Position numbers and translations under genes: made by a program. From Phycisphaerae bacterium (lineage in GTDB: Bacteria; Planctomycetota; Phycisphaerae; UBA1845), in assembly GCA_036477795.1 (NCBI GenBank), contig JAZGDL010000356.1, forward strand, positions 1-23,359: a stretch of DNA of 23,359 bases, in the 5' to 3' direction. The notes beneath the pieces are model-generated. The model made no database searches and was not told the origin of the DNA. It saw only the letters and a list, made by a program, of their open reading frames with translations. Numbering within the stretch: the first letter of the stretch is position 1; every line of letters begins with the position of its first letter. Shown piece after piece: positions 1 through 5,591 of the stretch.

Positions 1-335
1 AAAAGCGCGCGGACCGAACAACTGTCGATCGCCGAAGTCGACCAGTCGATTTCGTCGGCGACCCCCAACTCGTCGAGCAACGCGTGCCAGATTTTTTGCC
101 ACACCCCCACTACCTGCCAGTCGCGCAAACGACGCCAACAGGTCATTCCGCTGCCACAACCCATCTCTTGCGGCAGGTATTCCTACGGCGTGCCGGTCTT
201 GAGCACGAACAAAATACCCGTCAGCGCCGCGCGGTCTGGAATACGCGGCCGTCCGCCTTCTGGTTTGGGCGGCTCCGGTGGAATGTGTGGTTTGATGCGT
301 TCCCATAATTCGTCCGTGAGTAGGGGCTTGGCCAT
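1..335 (-). pseudogene. IS5-family transposase (DUF4096/HTH_Tnp_4-type N-terminus), 5' portion; continues past the left edge; interrupted by an in-frame TAG at 183-185
   Basis: Minus-strand translation from ATG 333-335 (GGAGGA RBS 8 nt upstream) gives MAKPLLTDELWERIKPHIPPEPPKPEGGRPRIPDRAALTGILFVLKTGTP-stop-EYLPQEMGCGSGMTCWRRLRDWQVVGVWQKIWHALLDELG..., the hallmark N-terminus of IS4/IS5 transposases (consensus LTDEEW..IEPLLP..RGRPR.DR..LNAILYVLRTGCPWRDLP....W.TVYRRFRRW...GVWE.I). The TAG lies exactly where the conserved Trp (TGG) of the TGxPWRxLP motif is expected, and the same frame continues to nt 1. The right end of the IS lies near 405-420 (..ggttttgttagagtgcc), not precisely defined. Confidence 0.7.
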
Positions 336-435
336 AATCGTGTCCTCCATGACATTGCGCCACACTAGATATCGGCCAAGCCACAAACCCATCAATAGGT
401 TTTGTTAGAGTGCCTAAGCCGGTATCCTCGCAAAC

Positions 436-478
436 GTCCCCGGCAGGGCTCGAACCTGCAACCTCCGGCTCCGGAACA
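436..478 (-). repeat. Displaced copy of the tRNA-Arg 3' end (anticodon loop to discriminator), direct repeat of 2798-2840; att-like
   Basis: gtccccggcagggctcgaacctgcaacctCcggctccggaa at 436-476 matches 2798-2838 (gtccccggcagggctcgaacctgcaacctTcggctccggaa) with 1 mismatch. Upstream of the anticodon loop the sequence diverges (cactg vs gtcgg) and no D-arm or acceptor 5' strand is present, so it is not a functional tRNA. Confidence 0.75.
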
Positions 479-662
479 GTGCCAGGGTCATGATACAAAG
501 GCCGCAACCTCGTTTCTGGTACTACCAGGGCGGATAGGTCTTTGCAGGTGTTGCATCGATTCTAGTGATTTGCACCCCGTTTCGGGTAGACTACCCGGTA
601 CGTTGTGAGGCGCCGGGGCCGCAAGCTCGACCGGTGGCGACGGTTTCGATTATGCTCGGAGC

Positions 663-1805
663 ATGTGCGCTTCAATTGAAGAGATAATAAAGAACCACAC
701 GACGCATGAGAAGTCGCTGAAGGACGAGGAATCCAAGGAGGCGTACAACGAAGAGGAGGCTCGGATAGCCTTCGGTGACGAATTCATCGACGCACTGAAA
801 GAAGTCAATAACGAATTCTGCGGTGATTGGTGGCAACTTGCGCTACTCCGAGGGAATGAGGATCGGGATCGAAGGACTCAGACGCTACCTGCGACCCGGC
901 CATTAACGCCGTGGAGAAAATTCCGCGCGAAATGCAAGGAAGAGTACATTCACCTCGAAGGAGCGAACCTCACGTATGCCCACCTGGAAAAGGCAAATCT
1001 TGTGGAAGCCCACCTTGAGCACGCGGATCTGCGGTACGCCCATCTCGAGCACGCGGATCTCTCTCATGTCCGCCTCGGGTGCGCGGCTCTTAGCGAGTGC
1101 AATTTGGACGACACCGATGTACGCTTCGCTAAAGGCTTGCTCTTTGACGGCAACCGTGTCACTGGTATCCGAATCGAGGGAAATGCACCCGATCCGTGGT
1201 CCAAGCTGCGGCGCACGTACACGGGGCCGTGGTTTTTCGTTCACCTGCTACTGCTGGCGGTATTCTTTGCCCCTTATGTGGGCAAGGCGGTGTACCTCAG
1301 CGGCAAATCGCATTTTCAACAGTGGTCGTTCGAGCAGTACCAGACCCTGGGCGAACGGTTGCCGGAGGTGGCAGCGATCCAAGAGTATCAGGCCAAGCTC
1401 GAGAAGGAGTTTCACGAAACGCACGAAGAGCGATGGGCGGTACTGATCCTTCTAGGCCTGGACCAAGGCTTCTGGGCGGTAGGGATGGCGATGGTCGTGA
1501 TCTTCTACAATCTGGTCCGTGGGTTTCTGACCCTTCGGGTGAGCGCTTTGCGGGACGCCGAAGAACGGTCCTCGACGACACCGAATCTGTGGGAGTATTA
1601 CGGATACTCCCATCCGCTGAGCAAAAAGCGCATCGTACCGACGATGAGGAAGACCAACCCGCTGAGATGGCCCACCGAGTGCATAGGCCTGTATCGTCTG
1701 CATGTTGCCGCGCGCGTATTGATGCTGGTTGCATTTGCGGCGGTGCTGTACAACACGATTTATTGGGTGGCCAAGACGAAGGTGTGGGTGCCAATCGTGC
1801 TGTGA
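663..1805 (+). CDS. Pentapeptide-repeat protein with C-terminal membrane domain (about 3 TM helices); acidic low-complexity N-terminus
   Basis: 380-aa ORF. Residues ~95-155 are classic pentapeptide repeats (EGANLTYAHLEKANLVEAHLEHADLRYAHLEHADLSHVRLGCAALSECNLDDTDV), encoded by three tandem 30-nt units at 981-1070. Hydrophobic segments at aa ~188-207, 258-286 and 341-367. First ~240 nt are markedly lower in GC (~50%) than the surroundings. The start at 663 is the only in-frame ATG; no strong SD. Confidence 0.7.
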   Translation: MCASIEEIIKNHTTHEKSLKDEESKEAYNEEEARIAFGDEFIDALKEVNNEFCGDWWQLALLRGNEDRDRRTQTLPATRPLTPWRKFRAKCKEEYIHLEGANLTYAHLEKANLVEAHLEHADLRYAHLEHADLSHVRLGCAALSECNLDDTDVRFAKGLLFDGNRVTGIRIEGNAPDPWSKLRRTYTGPWFFVHLLLLAVFFAPYVGKAVYLSGKSHFQQWSFEQYQTLGERLPEVAAIQEYQAKLEKEFHETHEERWAVLILLGLDQGFWAVGMAMVVIFYNLVRGFLTLRVSALRDAEERSSTTPNLWEYYGYSHPLSKKRIVPTMRKTNPLRWPTECIGLYRLHVAARVLMLVAFAAVLYNTIYWVAKTKVWVPIVL

Positions 1806-1885
1806 TGCGCTGCGCGGGCGGTCGAGCCAGTGGTGTGCCGCGGTGATCAGCGGCTGTTTGAGATTGAGAATACGAGGTTCATGCA

Positions 1886-2602
1886 ATGAAGGTATTCATC
1901 AGTTGGTCTGGAGCGCGAAGCAAAATCGTGGCGTCGGCCCTGCGCGAGTGGCTGCCCAACGTGATACAGGCCGCAGAGCCCTGGATGTCGGACAGCGACA
2001 TTGAGGCCGGTTCGCGCTGGTTTTCTGAAATATCAGGTAAGCTGAACGAGCTGCATGTGGGGATCGTGTGCGTGGTACCCGAGAACAGCCGATCTGCATG
2101 GCTGAGTTTTGAAGCTGGAGCCTTGGCCAAGGCGATCGAAGAGTCGCGTGTGTGCCCCTATCTGCTCGATATGCAAAAAGCTGACCTGGCCGGCCCGTTA
2201 TCGCAATTCCAGGCGGTTTGTGCTGATCGCGGTGGAACCTTCGATTTGCTATCCATGATCAATGGCCGTGATGAGGCGCCGGCTATTAGAGACGACGTTT
2301 TGCAAAACTCGTTTGACAAACACTGGCCGGACCTTGAACACCGTTTGCAAGCGATTGGGGAAAGGCTGGCCGGCGAGCCGGAGCCTACCGAGCGCGACCA
2401 ACGTGATATGATCCAGGAAACCCTGGGGTTGGTTCGGCAGCTTGCGCGGCAACCGACCGTCGTCGGAAGACCAACGACCTGGTTGGAAGCTCTTGCGAGT
2501 TCCATGGCACCTCAGAAGGAATTCCCCCCCAATCCGGAGCTGAAAGCATGGATAGAGCGTATATCTTTGAAGCGCGCCGAGTCAGAAAACGATCCCGGTT
2601 AA
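1886..2602 (+). CDS. TIR-like domain protein (TIR_2/DUF1863-like fold) with ~110-aa helical C-terminal extension
   Basis: 238 aa. The N-terminal 85 aa MKVFISWSGARSKIVASALREWLPNVIQAAEPWMSDSDIEAGSRWFSEISGKLNELHVGIVCVVPENSRSAWLSFEAGAL follow the bacterial TIR pattern (FISYS.. start, W...I..AI helix, I.VLS....S.W...E), including the W-x-x-x-E motif (E76, codon 2111-2113) that supplies the catalytic Glu in NADase-active TIRs. GAGG 9 nt upstream of the ATG. GC ~57%, below the local average. Confidence 0.75.
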   Translation: MKVFISWSGARSKIVASALREWLPNVIQAAEPWMSDSDIEAGSRWFSEISGKLNELHVGIVCVVPENSRSAWLSFEAGALAKAIEESRVCPYLLDMQKADLAGPLSQFQAVCADRGGTFDLLSMINGRDEAPAIRDDVLQNSFDKHWPDLEHRLQAIGERLAGEPEPTERDQRDMIQETLGLVRQLARQPTVVGRPTTWLEALASSMAPQKEFPPNPELKAWIERISLKRAESENDPG

Positions 2603-2796
2603 CGGGCAGTATCGATCCGGGAGCTGTGCGGGTTTCCTGCTGACTCTCCTTGCCCTTGTGTGCCATCATGTGTCCCTATTCGTTACGCTGCGCACTTGGG
2701 GCAGCGGTCTTCCAGAACCGCATACCCCGCGGGCGGCTCCGCCGTCACCCACCTTCGCCCACGCCGAACCCTCCGACATTTCCCGCAGACGGTGGA

Positions 2797-2870
2797 CGTC
2801 CCCGGCAGGGCTCGAACCTGCAACCTTCGGCTCCGGAAACCGACGCGCTGTCCAGTTGCGCCACGGGGAC
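2797..2870 (-). tRNA. tRNA-Arg (anticodon CCG)
   Basis: Minus-strand 74 nt: gtccccg tg gcgc aactggaca gcgc g tcggt ttCCGga gccga aggtt gcagg ttcgagc cctgc cggggac g. Perfect 7-bp acceptor stem, 4-bp D stem, 5-bp anticodon stem (one G-U), 7-nt loop with U33 and anticodon CCG followed by G37, 5-bp T stem with a TTCGAGC loop. No encoded CCA. Confidence 0.9.
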
Positions 2871-2920
2871 ACGGAGAAACTGAATGTACCGCCCGCCAGT
2901 GCGCTGTCAACGTGGGACCG

Positions 2921-3040
2921 CTGACGATTGACGATTGGGGATTGACGATTGACGATTGCCCATTCCGGGGTCGCACATCTGCGCTTCCTCCGTCCCTTCG
3001 TCCCTTCCTCTCCCTTCGTGCCTCCGTGCCTTCGTTCGAC
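2921..3040. repeat. Composite intergenic repeat, copy A: heptamer tandem array (TGACGAT)2-TGGGGAT-(TGACGAT)2, a ~45-bp spacer (attccggggtcgcacatctgcgcttcc), then an octamer array (tccgtccc ttcgtccc ttcctctc ccttcgtg cctccgtg ccttcg)
   Basis: Read directly. Homologous to copy B at 4290-4412 in the same order and orientation (the spacers align: attccgGGgtcgcaCAtcTgcGcttccTCcgtcccttcg vs attccgCCgtcgcaGAgtTgcActtccGTcgtcccttcg). A short third copy of the octamer part lies at 17476-17500. Confidence 0.85.
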
Positions 3041-3131
3041 TGGACCCTGCCACCCGCCATCGGTTACGCTTTGGGTCCGGTTCTGTTGGCGGGTAAAGTC
3101 GCCGGCGTTGGTCTGGAGACAAGGGCCGAGA

Positions 3132-4295
3132 ATGACACCGTTGGAAGCCGACACTCCATCGTTTCGATTCAATCGGGCAGAGGCCGGTGGTGGGTTGGGA
3201 GACCTGGGCACGTTCGTTCCGCTGCTGGTGGGCATGGTGAGCCAGTGCGGCCTGCAGCTGGGGCCGGCCCTGTTCTGTGCAGGCCTGATGAACGTTACCA
3301 CCGGCCTGTTGTTCCGCATTCCCATGGCGGTTCAGCCGATGAAGGCCATCGCGGCGGTCGCCATCGCGGAGGGGCTGACGCAGTCGCAGATTCTGGCTGC
3401 CGGCATCCTCACCAGTGTGGTAGTACTGCTGGTGGCCGTCACCGGCCTGCTCGATCTGCTCTGCCGCGTTATCCCGCGCAGCGTCGTCCGCGGACTGCAG
3501 CTTGCCTTGGGTTTGAAGTTGCTGACGCGCGGCTTTGCCCTGATCGTGGGAACGGACGTCTGGATCGGTTGGGACAGCATCGGCCTGGGCGTGCTGTGCG
3601 CCGCGATGGTGCTGATGCTTTACTTCTCCACGCGGGTTCCCGGGGCCCTGGCGGTCTTTGCCGTGGGGTTGATTGCCCTGGTGGCCGGGGAGCCCTCGCT
3701 CCTGTCCGAAACCCGGCTGGGGATGACGTGGAACCTTCCGGACCTTGCCGATCTGGCGGATTGGCGCACGGGCCTGTTTCGTGGGGCGTTGCCGCAGATC
3801 CCGTTGACGCTGCTCAATTCGGTCATCGCAGTGTGCGCCCTGTCGTATGACCTCTTTCCTCGCCGGGCGGCGTCGCCGCGCAAGGTGGCGATCTCCGTAG
3901 CGTTGATGAACCTCCTGTGCTGTCCGTTGGGGGGGTTGCCGATGTGTCACGGCGCGGGGGGGCTGGCGGCGCAGTATCGCTTCGGGGCCCGGACGGGCGG
4001 CAGCGTGGTCATGCTGGGCGTCGCCAAGATGCTGCTGGCCCTATTGTTGGGCAGTTCCCTTCTGCTGTGGCTGGGCCATTATCCCGAATCGGGCCTCGGC
4101 GGCCTGCGGCTCTTCAGCGGGCTGGAACTGGCGATGATCTGCCGCGACCAGCGCACGCGGGTGGATTACTTCGTGATGCTGGTGACCGCGGGGGCGTGCA
4201 TGGCGGTGAACACCGCCGTCGGCTTTGTGGTGGGGTGGCTGATGGCTGCCCTGCTGCTGTGGGGCGTCTTTCGAATCGAGCCGGCAGGGGATTGA
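3132..4295 (+). CDS. MOT1-family transporter (molybdate transporter, sulfate-permease-like superfamily)
   Basis: 388 aa from ATG 3132 (GGAGA upstream). LGDLGTFVPLLVGMVSQCGLQLGPALFCAGLMNVTTGLLFRIPMAVQPMKAIAAVAIAEGLTQSQILAAGILTSVVVLLVAVTGLLDLLCRVIPRSVVRGLQLALGL closely follows the MOT1 signature (GDLGT[FY]IP..., TGLLF.IPMPVQPMK.IAAVA, IP..VVRG.QL..GL). About 10 predicted TM segments. The longer ORF start at 2949 would read through repeat A and is rejected. Stop TGA 4293-4295 lies inside the first heptamer of repeat B. Confidence 0.85.
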   Translation: MTPLEADTPSFRFNRAEAGGGLGDLGTFVPLLVGMVSQCGLQLGPALFCAGLMNVTTGLLFRIPMAVQPMKAIAAVAIAEGLTQSQILAAGILTSVVVLLVAVTGLLDLLCRVIPRSVVRGLQLALGLKLLTRGFALIVGTDVWIGWDSIGLGVLCAAMVLMLYFSTRVPGALAVFAVGLIALVAGEPSLLSETRLGMTWNLPDLADLADWRTGLFRGALPQIPLTLLNSVIAVCALSYDLFPRRAASPRKVAISVALMNLLCCPLGGLPMCHGAGGLAAQYRFGARTGGSVVMLGVAKMLLALLLGSSLLLWLGHYPESGLGGLRLFSGLELAMICRDQRTRVDYFVMLVTAGACMAVNTAVGFVVGWLMAALLLWGVFRIEPAGD

Positions 4296-4412
4296 CGATT
4301 GGTGATTGGTGATTGCGGATTGGGGATTGGGGACTGGGGATTCCGCCGTCGCAGAGTTGCACTTCCGTCGTCCCTTCGTGCCTTCGTGCCTCCGTGCCTT
4401 CTTCCCTTCGTG
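4290..4412. repeat. Composite intergenic repeat, copy B: GATTGNN heptamer array x8 (gattgac gattggt gattggt gattgcg gattggg gattggg gactggg gattcc), spacer, then ccttcgtg/cctccgtg octamer array
   Basis: Read directly. Same architecture and orientation as copy A. Sits between the convergent 3' ends of the MOT1-like gene (stop 4295) and galE (stop 4419). Confidence 0.85.
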
Positions 4413-4418
4413 TCTTCC

Positions 4419-5405
4419 TCAACGGTCGAAGCCCTGAGGGTGGCTATGGTGCCACCGCCAGGCGGTCTCGATGATGGGCACGATGTCGGTGTACTCCGGC
4501 TTCCATCCAAGCTCGGTCTTTATTTTCGAGGGGTCGGCGAACAACGCCGGCGGATCTCCCGCACGACGCGGCGCGGTCACCGCAGGGATGTCATGCCCTG
4601 TCACCTCCCTGGCGGCGTCGATTATCTGCCGCACGCTGGTGCCTTCTCCCGTACCGATGTTGTAATGGCGGAACGTGCCGGCCTTCACCGTCTCCAGTGC
4701 GAGCACGTGGGCCGCGGCCAGATCTTCGATATGAACGTAGTCGCGCAGACAGGTGCCGTCCGGCGTGGGATAGTCGATGCCGAAGATGTTCACGTGGTCG
4801 CGCCGACCCAGCGCCACCTGCAGAACGATGGGAACAAGATGTATTTCCGGGTCGTGGTCCTCGCCGATCAACGCGTCGGCGGCCGCCCCGGCTGCATTGA
4901 AGTATCTAAGGGCGCAGCCGCCCAGACCCCAGGCCGCCGCTGAGTCACGCATCACCCACTCAATCGCCAACTTCGTTCGGCCGTAAGGGTTGATGGGATC
5001 CTTGGGATTCTCCTCGACGATGGGGCAAGCCTGCGGCACTCCGTACACCGCGCATGAAGAGCTGAAAACGAAACGCTGGATTCCGACTTGGGCCATCAAT
5101 CGCAGCAGGTGGACCGTGTTCACCACGTTGTTGTCGTAATACTTGAGGGGCAAGCGCACCGATTCACTCACGTCCAGGCAGGCGGCGAAGTGTATCACCG
5201 CGTCAAAGCCGCCGTCGCGCAAGGCCGCGCCCAGGACGGCATGATCCGCCAGATCGCCTGCCACAAAAGCGGCGCGCTCATCCACCGCCCGGCGGTGGCC
5301 CTGCGAAAGGTTGTCCAACACCACCACCCCGTGCCCGGCCTCGCACAGCGCCCGAACACAATGACTGCCGACGTATCCCGCCCCGCCCGTAACCAGCACT
5401 TTCAT
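4419..5405 (-). CDS. galE: UDP-glucose 4-epimerase
   Basis: MKVLVTGGAGYVGSH.. Rossmann GxxGxxG N-terminus, ...YxxxK short-chain dehydrogenase core (PYGRTKLAIE), 328 aa; full-length similarity pattern to GalE. Start ATG 5403-5405; the upstream in-frame extension to 5501 has no support. Confidence 0.85.
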   Translation of the reverse strand: MKVLVTGGAGYVGSHCVRALCEAGHGVVVLDNLSQGHRRAVDERAAFVAGDLADHAVLGAALRDGGFDAVIHFAACLDVSESVRLPLKYYDNNVVNTVHLLRLMAQVGIQRFVFSSSCAVYGVPQACPIVEENPKDPINPYGRTKLAIEWVMRDSAAAWGLGGCALRYFNAAGAAADALIGEDHDPEIHLVPIVLQVALGRRDHVNIFGIDYPTPDGTCLRDYVHIEDLAAAHVLALETVKAGTFRHYNIGTGEGTSVRQIIDAAREVTGHDIPAVTAPRRAGDPPALFADPSKIKTELGWKPEYTDIVPIIETAWRWHHSHPQGFDR

Positions 5406-5536
5406 ACTTGAATCATACCGCCAATTCTGGTGCAATATACGCCGGTTTTCAATTGATCGGGGGTGTTCCCACAGCGAAGCAGGCGAGCTTATCGGAATCA
5501 ACGCACTCTAACAAGACAAGACGGGTGTTCCGTGCG

Positions 5537-5558
5537 TATAAATAGTCACACGCGTGTG
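5537..5558 (+). promoter_or_regulatory. -10-like TATAAAT (5537-5543) followed by a perfect 12-bp palindrome CACACGCGTGTG (5547-5558), 34 nt upstream of the 5592 start codon; candidate promoter and operator
   Basis: Seen in the sequence. Lies in the divergent galE / Cys-rich-protein intergenic region. No convincing -35. Confidence 0.3.
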
Positions 5559-5591
5559 GACAGAGGAAGTGATGCGAAGGAGGGAGCGTAC

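Noticed and set aside
576-596. Short palindromes ccccgtttcggg / gggtagactaccc upstream of the pentapeptide gene as an operator or att core
   Set aside because: Too short and unsupported by any second copy near the tRNA-proximal end of the islet to call; mentioned only as a possible regulatory site.
84-608. Small + strand ORFs 84..308, 190..408, 402..608
   Set aside because: They overlap the minus-strand transposase and the tRNA fragment out of frame and have no protein-like features.
903-1886. ORFs 903..1244 (-), 976..1446 (+), 1196..1846 (+), 1297..1794 (-), 1452..1886 (-)
   Set aside because: Alternative frames of the pentapeptide/TM gene. The 663..1805 frame carries the recognisable pentapeptide repeats and TM helices.
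2590-2603. cccggttaacggg hairpin at the TIR gene stop as a terminator
   Set aside because: A 4-bp stem with no T-tract is not a convincing intrinsic terminator.
2660-3950. ORFs 2660..3850 (+, 396 aa) and 2907..3950 (-, 347 aa, Arg/Gln/His-rich)
   Set aside because: They run through the tRNA-Arg gene and the tandem repeat arrays, and overlap the well-supported MOT1-like gene in other frames; they are GC artefacts. The 2949 start of the MOT1 ORF was also rejected in favour of ATG 3132 with an RBS.
2920-4335. Heptamer and octamer tandem arrays as a possible CRISPR array
   Set aside because: The units are 7-8 nt with no intervening unique spacers and no cas genes. They are microsatellite-like arrays, not CRISPR.
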